Translations under genes and position numbers: made by a program
Part shown: positions 53,901 to 64,000 of the stretch, in pieces
Numbering within the stretch: the stretch's first letter is position 1
Layout: each line of letters starts with the position of its first letter
Origin: Pavona decussata
Taxonomy: Eukaryota
Direction of reading: 5' to 3'
DNA length: 64,000 nt
Assembly (NCBI GenBank): GCA_977016875.1
Contig: CDRNST010000002.1
Coordinates: forward strand, 558,001-622,000
The notes under the pieces: model-generated
The model's database searches: none
What the model saw: only the letters and a program-made list of their open reading frames with translations
What the model was told of the DNA's origin: nothing

Positions 53901-56900
53901 GGGGTCATATTTATTCAACTCCTACACAGGTTAACCTTACGCAAGTAGGTATATTTGAACATCACTAGGGTATTAAGCTTGTTCAGTAATGACTGCTTTG
54001 CATATTTACGTTGGCTCACGCTCAAAATCTGTTAAATCGGCTAAAGATAGACACCGCGAAAAGTAGAGTATATAGTCCACAAGGACAAAATCCTAAAGAT
54101 TCTAGATCTTAGCTCTACGCATACTCTCAAATACTCTCAGATAGCACACTATCAAATACGCTTACAAACAAACAAAGAAGAATAAAGTGGTTAGGTGCTG
54201 CCTAAAACAAATACAGGAGTAAATTAACCTCATAATCTTTACACTCAAGCGAAACATTCGCTTCTCCTTCTCCTAAGTTTGGCATTCTGGAAAGGCGAAC
54301 ATCTTACGCGTACTTAAAAATTGAATTTATTCAGAAAAGCTTCAGATAAGAATCAATTTCAATAGCTAATAAACGTAAGCTTCTAAAGTAATGTTTGGCT
54401 TTCCTTTAAATTTGACTTTCTTAAATCGTGAATAGAAATTAAAAATAAAAACGTAGTTAAAACAACGGTTATACTTTTTTTAAGATCAAACCTAAGAAAC
54501 AAAACCCCCAGGCCGTGTTTCTTCTTTACCCTCTCCTTAGCGCCCTGCCTTCTTACCAATTACGTTGATATCAGTGCTTTGTGATGCATTTCCTGCCATG
54601 TTTTCGGCGACGCATGTAACCTGACCAGCATCCTCTAGGGCCCTGATGGTCAGTACCAATGAGCTGTCGGTGTCAGATTTCACGGGTATCGCATCCCTTA
54701 ACCACGTGATTTCCGGTTTCGGTACACCGTCCACCTTACATGTGATATTGATACGAGTTTGTGTTAGCACGGTGACGTCACTTCCTATCGAAACGTCAAC
54801 TGACGTCTTGTTGGATAGAGGAATGTTGCCCACTTCCGGCCGCTGGATGATTGGTTTGCTTGGTTCTGCAAGAAAAGCATTTATTTATAAACATACTCAC
54901 GCAATGCACTAACATATGCCTCGGGATATTTGAAACCAGTCCCACAATTAAAAAATTCTCTTCTAATTAAAGTAATTAATAATTTTCCTACTTCTCAATT
55001 TTGGCTAATGAACAGAAAGTATAGACCAAATTGCCTAACTTTTAACTATTTCGATGGTTTTCAAAGATCTTTCAAATAATTTTCATCTTGCTTACCGAGT
55101 ACAAAAATAGTGCAGAACTTCGGGTTATATGTTAATACAACGTAACGTCAAGGAAGGACTGTTTTTTTTTTCAGCCACACACGTCAGCATCTGTATACTT
55201 ACAGTAACTTACACCTAAATTACCATAACTCGGTAACCGACCGACTATTACGCAAACTCGAAATCTGATTGGCTACGAAAGGCAAGCGCGGACTAATTCT
55301 CGACAGATTACCTGGAGGCACCGCGTATGAGAAATTCTAAAACTCGCAAGCCAGCAAGCTAGTTATAAACTATTTTTACGGAATTACGTTGTTGAATAGA
55401 TCGGTCCTTGGGTTATGCTAATATAAAACAATTAGACAACTCGCTCTTGGATTTTATCGACTTAGAATACTGGCGACTCGAGAGGCGAAGCTTTGCTGCC
55501 TAAATGTTGAATAGAACTCCAATGGTATCACCAAAACAGAACAGTACGCCAGAGGCACGTTTCACAGCAGACGTTTTACCTATTAACATCTCAAACATAA
55601 CTAACCAATTACTGTAACTTTCGTAGATTCCTGATCAACCCCAACTTCACTCATAGCAGTGCATAGATAATCTCCCGAGTCACTTGTGGTAGCACGCTCT
55701 ATTGTTAACACTCCTGACTTCACAGTCACCCTACTGTTTGCTGATGACGTGTGAAGCATATCCTCTCCTTTGCTCCAGGCCACGGTTGGGGTAGGGATCC
55801 CGTCTGCTGAACACGTGATTGTGATTCGCATGCCCGAGAGAACTGTTACGACACTTCCTACTGTAGCTTGCACGGGAGCAATTTCTGATAATGATACTAC
55901 GATTTCTTGGGAAGAGCTGATGGATGGTGGCTGAGGAACTAAAGGAAAAAACAAAATGCCGTTAAATGAGTCTACACAAACATTGGTTCCTTAAAGAAAT
56001 GGCCTTGCATGGACACGGCTCATCCTCTTATCACTACTATTTTCCAACGATATGACCAATTATCTTTTGATGCCGCCAATTTCTTAGTTCACCAATAGCT
56101 CTCCGCCTAACTACGCTTGTATTATGTGTGTCTGTTATCAGCTGCGTGAACTGTATACGTACACATTGCCAAACCACATCACAGGCGCGCAACACGACTC
56201 CCACATCATGCTAGCATAGTTCATTGAAAAACAACAACGCTTGAGCTACTGAGAAAGATGGAATGTTGATCATATGAGTGTGTAACGCGGACAAATTTGA
56301 GACCACTGCGGGAATGGAAGCCACGATATTCTGTAAACTGGTAAGATGCCGTAACGACTGAGCCGCATATACCCTAGTTAGAGTAGAGTTAAGATTCTTG
56401 TCTCAGGAGACAACAAGACTGTGACGATAATTGACTACCCTCGAACCATCGACCCTTCGAGGCACTAACCATCACACCAACTCGCCTCCACGTAAAGAAG
56501 CGCTCTTAACGAGGATCGCCCTAAATAGGGAGCAACTTTGATCTCACTTAACTCTTACTAACTACTTTCTCCCAGGCATTGTAAAGCAATCAGTGATTTA
56601 TTTTCACCCTTTTATGTTATTGCGTTTCTATATTTTCACTATGTGGACGAAGCGGTTTGTTTTATCCCTGCCAAGAAAGAAGGAATATAAAAGTGACTAC
56701 GCGAGAAACGCATGACAAACAACACTCACCAAGAACCTTAAGCGTGGTTGATGCTTGAGCAGTTCCAGCAACGTTTCGTACAGAGCAGACATACTCCGCG
56801 GAATCAGAGGGCTGTACAGATATGAATACCAAAGAACCGTTTGTAATCTCATATCCGGCGTCCTGTTCTAAAACTTGACCTTCTTCACCTAGAACAGACC

Positions 56901-59900
56901 ACTGGACTTCTGGTTCAGGAAAAGCTGAGTACTTGCAAGTTAATGTCACTTTTGTTCCTGATAGTACTTCTATTGTACCTCCGACTGGTAGAGCACGAGC
57001 CTCTCTGTTGTACCAGGAAACGGTCGCGTCGGATGTGGTTATTTTAGGAAGAGTGGCTTCTACAAAGTTAACCAAAAATATTTATTCTAACATTTCAAGT
57101 AAAAGCGCTTTTAAGTAGAAACACGTTCCCTTCGCCATTTCTTACAGCCAAGTTCTTACATTCTTTACTCAAAGTGTAAATCAAAGATTTGGTTATCACA
57201 ACTCACGAAAAGCAATACGATGCTGCCACTAATTTCAAGTACGCTTGAGACGGCAAACCAGAAAAATCCGCAGCTTATTCAGAATAACATCCAATCCCCA
57301 TCTCACTTCATAGACGAAGGTAAATGTTCCTGCGACGATATTACATCGGTGAACAAAAAGAAACTTAAAGCGTTTGTGTGTTGGAACTCTAATTCTGAAC
57401 CAGCAATACGTTCAAAACAACACCACGGTCACACCTTTATTTAGACTAAAATCCTATCAGCAAAGTTACAATTAAAACGCAAGATCTTTGAATGACTACT
57501 AATCAGTCAAAAAGACCCTTTATTGAACATTCGCGTTCACGTTTTCATCGCAAAACTATTCCCACGTAGAATAACGTAGTATAGGTTTGCGACGTCCCTT
57601 TTATTTTTAATATCACCCTGAAGATGACTGAATAGTAAAAAACGTTAGGTGTTTCCTTTTTAAGAACATTTTTAGAAGTATTCAATTTAGATTTTTTCAT
57701 AATTATAAATAAATTCAAGGTGGCGTCAAGGAACATCATTAAGTCATCCCACAGAAGCACACATGCACGGCATTTAGAGGCCAACTAAGCCACGACTCCA
57801 GGAGATGTTCGCCCCAACCTTATCCAACAATGTCATATATTTTTTATAAAGCCCTTTCTGGCTGATGGCTCAATCGCTAACAATAATAATAATCAACAAC
57901 AATAGCAACGACAAGGAAAACACGAAGAATTACGAATGTTGAGCATGCTCATTTGTTGGTAGTCAAGCCTTGCTCGTCCATTTTCGTCACACTTATTACC
58001 CAATGTAAAACAAGTTCAAAAGCTTATTTGTTATGGTTCTTACCAATAACTTCTAACACTGCACCCTGAGTAACTTCGCCAGCTTTGTTCACCGCACTGC
58101 ACATGTACTTCCCAGAATCACTGGCATCCACTTCACGAATTGTCAACATCTGTCCTCCCTTGTTCACGTCGAATTTATTGGCCGGTTGCATGTCGCTACT
58201 GCTGTTCCAAAAGACAGAAGGCTCGGGAATGCCTGACGCAGTACAACGGATGTTGACTGTGGTCTTCTCGAGTACTTTTAGGGTTCCACCTACCGTTATT
58301 GTGATTGGCTGTCTGTCGTACGACTCAACGTTTGTTTCCTTCCCTCTGATCGATGGCTTCTCTGGCGCTGTTTAAAGAGAAATGTGAGATAAGATGAGAA
58401 AAACAACGTAAATTTGAATGATAACAGAATGTATCTTTCTGTCCCTTCACTTGAAAGACATATTAATAAATCGTTTTACGGTTTGGTTGATGTAATAAGG
58501 CCACTTAGACAATGAAAACCGATAGCATTTAATGATCAAAAATATAATACTGAATAGTATTTGCAATGTTTACTTCGTTGCACGCCAAAAATACACTTTT
58601 CCTGCGTAGTGCCGAAATACATGTATGCTTTTCAATATGTTACAAAGTCACATCCTGGACAGTTTTTTTCGATCTTAAGCTTATTTGACAGCGACAGGGT
58701 TTATAAAGTCATAGAAAATACCTTCGGCAGTGTTTTATAGGATCACGAGATAGCTCAGCAGTTAAAGTCGCCAATAGACATTTTACAGTTATGCCCTTAG
58801 TGACCTGGCTTTTGAGTGGAAGTGAGGCTGGAGGTTGACTTTGTTTTGAGTGCTGTTGTGCTAACTAGTTTTCATTTACACATGAAAAGAAGTGAGATTT
58901 GTATCAAAATAAAGTCAACACCAGCCTCAATTCCACTCAAAGGCCAGGTCACTAAGCACACAACTATATAATGGACTGTCGACTTCAACGATACTTGGTA
59001 AATCTAAGGATTACGCTGCTTTTAGTCAAACAGGTCAAATTTATTTTCATTTTAGCAAATCCATACTGTTGGAAAAAAGCCATGATTGTTCCGCACCCTA
59101 AATTGATACGTGCAAAAACGGGCTAAGTTTTCAACAAGAAATGGACAGAAAGAAAATACATTAAAACGTCAATCCGGGCGGGGAGGGAATTGTCAGGAAG
59201 TTATTTTCAGTCACTCAAAACCTCCCTTAACCCTCAATACATTGATTGAAAGCATTGTATAAAAACAGCCTTAGGCTCAGTTGTTAAATCCCGATTAAGC
59301 TATTCATGGGTTAACGTGAACTTTGATTCGAGTTTAATTACTAATCAGTGAAGACTATTCAAATCTTTTTTGTTCCGTAGTTTGACTTACACTTTTCTTT
59401 ACCACTAGCTCAAAATTAGCTTTCTAAAAAATTTTATAAACGAGATGAAAACGGGGATTAGCGTTAATTGACTTTCGAACAGCCAGGCCCTGATTACTAT
59501 TCCAAACTCTGTTACCATTGTTTAGGCGGAAAGCCGGATCGAATATAAGGAACAAATTTGAATTGGAGAGTATATGAATTTGCTTTCAACTGCAAGGATT
59601 CGAGTCATTGTAACATACCCACGAACTTAAGGAAACTTTCCTTCTGGTCTGATCCTGCGCCATTGGAGGCTTCACATGTGTAACTGCCAGTATCTGACCA
59701 CGTGCTATCCAATAATATCAGCGTGTTTTTGGCAATCTGCAAACTGCCGCTTGTGGTCAACAAAAATCCAGATTTCTTCCACTCTATGACAGGGGCAGGA
59801 TTGCCAGTAACTGGACAACGGATGTGCACGGCAGTACCTACCAAGGCCTCCACGTTGTCTCCAATGACTAGGTCATGTCTTGTCGATTTGAAGTCTTGGA

Positions 59901-62900
59901 TGTTTTTATTTGAAGACAAAATCTTTGGCTCAACTGGAACTAAAGACAACATCATTAGTTATTAGACAAGAAGGCGGCGAAAAATGCGAAGAGAATCGGT
60001 CTAGAGTAAAAGATATTTTCTATAAAGGCGACCACATGTTTTGGCTCTTTCAGTATAGGCGAGTGAAATGTGTGTGCATTTCATTACAATACCTACGCTT
60101 AAAACATTGGACCAATGTCAGTTCGCAGTGAGACTATCTGAAAATCAACTCATAATTCATTTACGCATCCTCGGCACTTGACAAATTGAAAGACGTATCG
60201 CCGTAGGTTGTTTTAATACAAGACGTCTACAGCTAGATGAGGTCAGAATCTGAAAGTGATGGTTTCAAATTCAAAGAAACTAAGAAACCAACAAAGTTTT
60301 GGACCAGGGCAAGAGCTAGCAAACTGCAGACTTGAGCCACATGTGATACCGAGTCCGGGATAAAATTCCGCAACACACGGTCGTAAACTCACTGTTGAAA
60401 CTCACTACCCTCACAATTAAGTTCGCCCTTTTCCCTCGGTACCGTTCTAAGATTTTGTAGACTTCGATTAACCCAGTTTGACTTAATTCGCACTGACCTT
60501 ACACGTTTTTCGACTTTTAGCTAGTTCGATGGCAAAGCTGAGAATACCTGACGATACAAACTGAACAAACCTTAGCACCAAACAATTTCGTGGAAAAAGA
60601 TACACTATCATTCGTTAGCTACCGATAAAACAGTTTAAAATCTCTTACCTATAAGAGACAGAAATGTAGTCTTTGAGGCCGATCCATACGAGTTTCTAGC
60701 AACACATGTGTAGGAGCCAACATCTTCCGGTGTAACACCAATCATAGTCACTGCTCCATTTTCTGAGTCAAAAATTCGACCATTTTCCTCCTCCACAGCT
60801 GAGCCATTAACCAACCAGGTGATCATTGCACTCGGCAGCGCTGTAACAGGACAGAGGATCTTCACACCGGTCCCAACGACGGTGGTTAAGTTTCCTCCAA
60901 TCACTATGGTTACTTCATTTTCTCCGCTGACAGCTACAATATTTTCTTCTTTACTTGTAATCTCAGGTTGACTACCATCTGAACAAAGCATAAACCAATC
61001 AGCATCTGATTTTGTAATCAAGCAAATAATCTCGCTTGCCTACTATTAGTCAAAATAGATCACATGATGCAAGATGCTTTAAATAAAACCGGGAAATATC
61101 AGATGACATTCCCCAAATAATATCCTCTAGTTTTAAAAACTTGAGTCACTTCAACGAAACGAAACACATTGATGGTAAATATCAAGACGGAAGAGCGTTA
61201 ACCTGAATATTGAAGTCCGTTTATTGAAGATGGAAAGAGAAAAATTAGTGTTCAGGTCTCCTGCTCAGGGAAATACGATATATAGAAGACACTCAAAAAG
61301 TCCTTTGCACTTACAGTTAGAAGCAGGTCGTAGAGAAAATCAGAAAAAGTGCACAGCGTTAATCGATGGCACGTAATTATTCAAAATTTCCAAACCGATT
61401 GACGCATACCATTCCCAGAAAACCTTGTATTTCCATTTAAATGTAAAGCGCCCTGGATCAAATTGAAGTTTGAGAAGAACAATTTACCTAACACAACGAT
61501 CTGAATATCCTGAACATCAGCTCCATCTATGTTGGAAGCGGTGCACTGGTAGCGACCAGAGTTTGTTGAGGAAAGGGACCCTAATACATACACCGGCCCT
61601 GTAGCATCCAATAGACTGCCATCTTTACTCCATGTGATCTGGGGTGTGGGTATACCAGTTGCGTTACACCTGATGGATAACGCGTTACGAGTGACTGCCG
61701 TTACATTGGATCCGACATCGACTGTAAACGAACCACTGTCAAGGACTTTAAGTGACTTGTCAACTGCAAAGATTCTTGGCGATGAGGTTTCTGAAAACAA
61801 TAAACATGATGGCAAAAATTACGAGGCAGTTTGACAGGGGAATAATTTGCTTGTTTGTTTTTTTATATTCAAAAACTACCATCAAGGTTGAAACATGCAC
61901 AACCCTGCAGTCACACGGACCCTTCATTAGTATGCTGAATAGCATTTAAATTACCTCAACTAAACTAAATGTGTTAGGTGCTTCCTCTAAAATGGACGTT
62001 GAATGCTTAAAGCTCCGCCCATCTTAGAGGGAGTTTTAGTAATTTAAAGGATTGTACTTTGGCAGTATCATTACCAGTATCAATTATTATGATTACGATT
62101 ACAAGTGTGATTGTTTGTCTAGTGTGAGAACACCTACTGGATTATCGCCCAATGCGTTGCTTCACAACGCATTAGGTTTGCCAAGTCCCCAACGTCGTCG
62201 AGACGTCTGTAAGTGTACGAAACAAAATGCTTTGTGAAGTAACGCATTGCGCGATTTTCAGTGCACGTCCACTGTGCATAACTATAGGATTACGACCTGG
62301 GATCTGTTTAGGCTCCCTTCCTAGAAAACTAAGAAATCTTAAGGATCTTTTCGAATTAATGGGGCGAAAACAAGGAACACACTCCCTTGGACAATTCGAT
62401 CTCGTGAACATCACTCTGAATTCAAAAGAGGTCAGGCGAACAATTAAAAAAAAATAGTTGGCAATTTTGTATATATTTGTGTGTTATTTCAATTTAAACT
62501 ATGTCATTACTGTTAATATTTAATTTAATGTAAATATAGAACTCCATTTAGACTAAACTAACCCTGCTGAATTGGATATTTCCCGTAGAAATACTTGTCT
62601 GGATAAAGAAATAAAATATAATTTACCTGTTACATTTACCATGGAACTCGCAGCAACCTCTCCTTCAAGGTTGAAAGCTTTGCACAGATACACACCCGTG
62701 TCCTCACTTGTAACATTGTCGATGATTAACAAAGATTCTTTGACAAGCACGCGGCCATCTCGGCTCCACGTAATCTCTGGCTTAGGGACACCACTCACGG
62801 AGCAATCGATTGATACGTTTGTTCCACTTAGCACAGAAAGCGTCTGACCGACTCTTATAGAGACAGGCTCTCGATTCTCCACGGAACGTATTGCCGCACG

Positions 62901-63820
62901 GGAAACGTTTATCCGTGGTGCTTCTGGAACTATGAAACAGCAAAAAAAATTAGTACGTTACAGTCCTAACGGCACAAAACAAGGATGAATGTAAAACTTG
63001 GTGGAAAATATCGCGAATGCTGCCGTTCGCTAAGAGCGATATAATTTCAAAAACGCTTCTTTACACTTACCTATATAACTGAAGTGAGGCAAGTTAACTT
63101 CAGTTAAATGACAAATCCTATCAGCTATCTTTATAAATCCTTACATTTTGAAAACTCCACTCCTAAAGTATGCATTGTGGTTTTAAATTTTGAGTCAGTC
63201 GTTGAAACCCTAAAGTACGGCTATTCAAACGACATTTTCTAAACACTGCTTTCATTTTCATTTGTTTGTTGATATTTTCTAAACTAACACTGAGTATTAG
63301 TTTTGAAAAATGAATATTGCGGATTTTCAAAATGCTGGGCGTTCTGGGGAATCAAAGGTTAAAACAAGAAATATGTGTGGCTTTTAAATACCTTTAGTCA
63401 ACTTACTTGCAGATACAGATTGTTGAACAAACTATAATAATAATAAACTATAAAAAATGTGGAACAGTTATCGTATACAAAATATGTTCGTACCTAGTAC
63501 TGTGATGACAGAAGAAGCTATGTCAGATCCCAAAGTGTTGCTTGCTTCGCAAGTGAACATGCCCCCTTTTCGGTGAGATATACTCAGTGTGAATAGTGTC
63601 CCTGCGTCCTCGTCCACATTGAGCATCATGCCAGACTGCACAGGAACACCCTCCCGGTACCACTGGATGACAGGCTTGGGAAATCCAGTGACTGGGCAAC
63701 TGATTTCCAGTCCTGAGCTGGCCAGAGTGGTAAGATTACTCCCGACTGTTATTGTAAAGAGGTCAATCCTCATGTGTATCAAGTTTTCTTGGGATGAGTC
63801 AATTTTAGGTGCTGAACCAA
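30043..63820 (-). CDS. Giant ADAMTS-like (punctin/ADAMTSL1/3-type) protein, 3' part: at least 28 Ig I-set domains, 2 TSP1 repeats, PLAC; 5' end lies beyond right edge
   Basis: 32 exons with canonical GT-AG join in one frame (~3180 aa). Ig exons carry C...G.P.P...W...D.G.Y.C...N..G. The C-terminus is TSP1-TSP1-PLAC then TAA. Similarity-only annotation would probably call it hemicentin-like. Confidence 0.9.
31265..31412 (-). CDS. Giant ADAMTSL exon, TSP1 repeat
   Basis: CSRSCGPHGVKLRNLQCVFAKSLKPAKGQCGWLKQPPLQEPCNRKPCRK; tag|...G|GTAAGG. Confidence 0.92.
31557..31733. mobile_element. Palindromic MITE in giant ADAMTSL intron
   Basis: AATAGACCATTTCCGAGTTGC ... GCAACTCGGAAATGACCTATT; near-complete foldback. 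Confidence 0.75.
32134..32310 (-). CDS. Giant ADAMTSL exon, TSP1 repeat
   Basis: CGNCVTHLRGWQERHISCMGPAGKAVSDLHCVHKHRPIKRRRCTHRDCHVIWRTTAWSA; phase 0-0, donor GTAAGT. Confidence 0.92.
32689..32717 (-). CDS. Giant ADAMTSL 29-nt microexon (GHWKTTAWSN)
   Basis: ttttttttctag|...AAT|GTAAGT; converts phase 1 to phase 0 and supplies the W...WS start of the TSP1 repeat. Confidence 0.85.
32856..32974. repeat. Interspersed repeat; second copy at ~2325-2434
   Basis: Shared TTCCACTTG.GCTTGTTGGATA..GATGATTATAGC.AACTCGGCG...CGCTCGTGGA.TAATT. Confidence 0.75.
33747..34927. mobile_element. Four nested copies of a ~298-bp PIF/Harbinger-like MITE
   Basis: TIR AGGGCGATTTAGACGGTACGATTTT starts at 33747, 33889, 34041, 34193; its complement ends at 34490, 34639, 34788, 34927; inner three copies flanked by TTA duplications; 40-bp perfect palindrome at 34326-34365. 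Confidence 0.88.
35199..35555 (-). CDS. Ig exon 28 (last Ig)
   Basis: 357 nt, phase 1-1; ICTVVGKPSPHITW...GQYKCIASNIVG. Confidence 0.9.
36099..36419 (-). CDS. Ig exon 27
   Basis: 321 nt; KCAAEGTPKPKIAW...DEGNYTCIANN. Confidence 0.9.
36580..36795. repeat. (CAGT)n microsatellite
   Basis: Perfect and degenerate CAGT runs in the intron between Ig exons 26 and 27. Confidence 0.9.
36894..37232 (-). CDS. Ig exon 26
   Basis: 339 nt; KCLATGVPTPTITW...DAAYYICVASN. Confidence 0.9.
37725..38048 (-). CDS. Ig exon 25
   Basis: 324 nt; TCPNKGSPKPTVTW...DEGSYQCTASN. Confidence 0.9.
38973..39293 (-). CDS. Ig exon 24
   Basis: 321 nt; KCISSGLPPPELTW...DSDEYTCTATN. Confidence 0.9.
39831..40133 (-). CDS. Ig exon 23
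   Basis: 303 nt; SCPTTGIPPPTLSW...NEGQYTCVATN. Confidence 0.9.
40912..41235 (-). CDS. Ig exon 22
   Basis: 324 nt; TCAVQGVPKPEVSW...DSGRYTCKAKS. Confidence 0.9.
41310..41528 (-). repeat. tRNA-derived SINE-like repeat; related copies at ~38680-38795 (+) and ~48540-48800 (+)
   Basis: GATAGCTCAGT(T/C)(G/A)GTAGAGCAC A-box and TTC(G/C)AATCCC B-box cores embedded in shared flanks; no complete cloverleaf. Confidence 0.6.
42455..42784 (-). CDS. Ig exon 21 (diverged B-like)
   Basis: 330 nt; LPIGDGQPV...TCPTEGIPPPKIRW...DSGKFTC. Confidence 0.9.
43334..43663 (-). CDS. Ig exon 20 (type A)
   Basis: 330 nt; QCPTSGVPTPTVTWTKDG...DNARYTC. Confidence 0.92.
44084..44413 (-). CDS. Ig exon 19 (type B)
   Basis: 330 nt; IPVGDGSPV...RCPVSGVPTPSVTW. 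Confidence 0.92.
45160..45489 (-). CDS. Ig exon 18 (type A)
   Basis: 330 nt; QCPTSGVPTPTVTWTKDG. Confidence 0.92.
46060..46386 (-). CDS. Ig exon 17 (type B)
   Basis: 327 nt; RCPVSGVPTPSVTWTKDG. Confidence 0.92.
46815..47144 (-). CDS. Ig exon 16 (type A)
   Basis: 330 nt; QCPTSGVPTPTVTWTKDG. Confidence 0.92.
47726..48055 (-). CDS. Ig exon 15 (type B)
   Basis: 330 nt; RCPVSGVPTPSVIW. Confidence 0.92.
48890..49219 (-). CDS. Ig exon 14 (type A)
   Basis: 330 nt; QCPTSGVPTPTVTWSKDG. Confidence 0.92.
50248..50562 (-). CDS. Ig exon 13
   Basis: 315 nt; NCSARGIPKPNILW...GEFKCIAEN. Confidence 0.9.
51276..51602 (-). CDS. Ig exon 12
   Basis: 327 nt; KCPVLGVPEPKIKW...DSGDYACVAES. Confidence 0.9.
52486..52806 (-). 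CDS. Ig exon 11
   Basis: 321 nt; TCPALGLPQPAIAW...DTDRYTCVARN. Confidence 0.9.
53374..53703 (-). CDS. Ig exon 10
   Basis: 330 nt; ECLAEGTPRPFVSW...DTGRYMC. Confidence 0.9.
54557..54865 (-). CDS. Ig exon 9
   Basis: 309 nt; TCKVDGVPKPEITW...DAGQVTCVAEN. Confidence 0.9.
55606..55938 (-). CDS. Ig exon 8
   Basis: 333 nt; TCSADGIPTPTVAW...DSGDYLC. Confidence 0.9.
56730..57059 (-). CDS. Ig exon 7
   Basis: 330 nt; TCKYSAFPEPEVQW...DSAEYVCSVRN. Confidence 0.9.
58044..58367 (-). CDS. Ig exon 6 (absent from the ORF track on this strand)
   Basis: 324 nt; APEKPSIRG...RCTASGIPEPSVFW...DSGKYMCSAVNKAG. Confidence 0.9.
58773..58979. mobile_element. Palindromic MITE
   Basis: CTTAGTGACCTGGCTTTTGAGTGGAA / TTCCACTCAAAGGCCAGGTCACTAAG inverted arms. 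Confidence 0.7.
59274..59490. mobile_element. Degenerate MITE
   Basis: GGCTCAGTTGTTAAATCCCGATTAAGCTA / TAGCGTTAATTGACTTTCGAACAGCCAGGCCC imperfect TIRs. Confidence 0.5.
59619..59939 (-). CDS. Ig exon 5
   Basis: 321 nt; RCPVTGNPAPVIEW...DTGSYTCEASN. Confidence 0.9.
60649..60978 (-). CDS. Ig exon 4
   Basis: 330 nt; LCPVTALPSAMITW...DVGSYTCVARN. Confidence 0.9.
61488..61790 (-). CDS. Ig exon 3
   Basis: 303 nt; RCNATGIPTPQITW...NSGRYQCTASN. Confidence 0.9.
62627..62929 (-). CDS. Ig exon 2
   Basis: 303 nt; DCSVSGVPKPEITW...DTGVYLCKAFN. Confidence 0.9.
63494..63820 (-). CDS. Ig exon 1 (first visible in window)
   Basis: 327 nt; SCPVTGFPKPVIQW...GGMFTCEASN. Confidence 0.9.
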
Positions 63821-64000
63821 CTTTAAGATAATGAAAACAATGAAAGTTAACAATAGTACTTACTGACTCGGTGGAACGGCCGAACGAAGAAGTATTTTCA
63901 GCCTGGTCATGATAAATAAGCGTAATATGTTCTCCGTCACATCCTCGACCAAACGTAGCCATTAAGCATTTTTAACATATGACCAGTTTCCTTTCTCAGC

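Noticed and set aside
35199-63820. Hemicentin, titin or Dscam identity for the Ig array
   Set aside because: The spliced C-terminus is TSP1-TSP1-PLAC-stop with no EGF/G2F, Fn3, kinase or transmembrane region
39026-63831. Many plus-strand ORFs over the Ig exons
   Set aside because: Antisense shadows of minus-strand coding exons with no independent protein signal

Overview
This is AT-rich eukaryotic genomic DNA with spliced genes; the repeat types suggest an anthozoan such as a stony coral, which is inference. All exons were read by hand from splice signals and reading frame. Three protein-coding genes are supported. (1) The 3' part of a giant minus-strand ADAMTS-like (punctin/ADAMTSL1/3/MADD-4-type) gene enters from the right edge: 28 consecutive single-Ig exons (63820 to 35199, all phase 1-1), then two ADAMTS-type TSP1 repeats and a PLAC domain ending at a TAA at 30043, about 3180 aa within this window alone. 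(2) A two-exon plus-strand SAXO1/2-like (FAM154) axonemal microtubule stabiliser (22659-22696 + 26331-27699) has an RFX X-box upstream and lies tail-to-tail with gene 1. (3) The 5' end of a second minus-strand ADAMTS-like gene (signal peptide, TSP1, Cys-rich domain, no protease domain) leaves the left edge. Non-coding DNA holds many MITEs, tRNA-derived repeats, a 5'-truncated LINE inserted into a MITE, and a four-deep self-nested Harbinger-like MITE (33747-34927). The most notable observations are the large modular Ig expansion with an alternating A/B duplicated block, the self-targeting nested MITE, and apparent ancient ADAMTSL-SAXO microsynteny.
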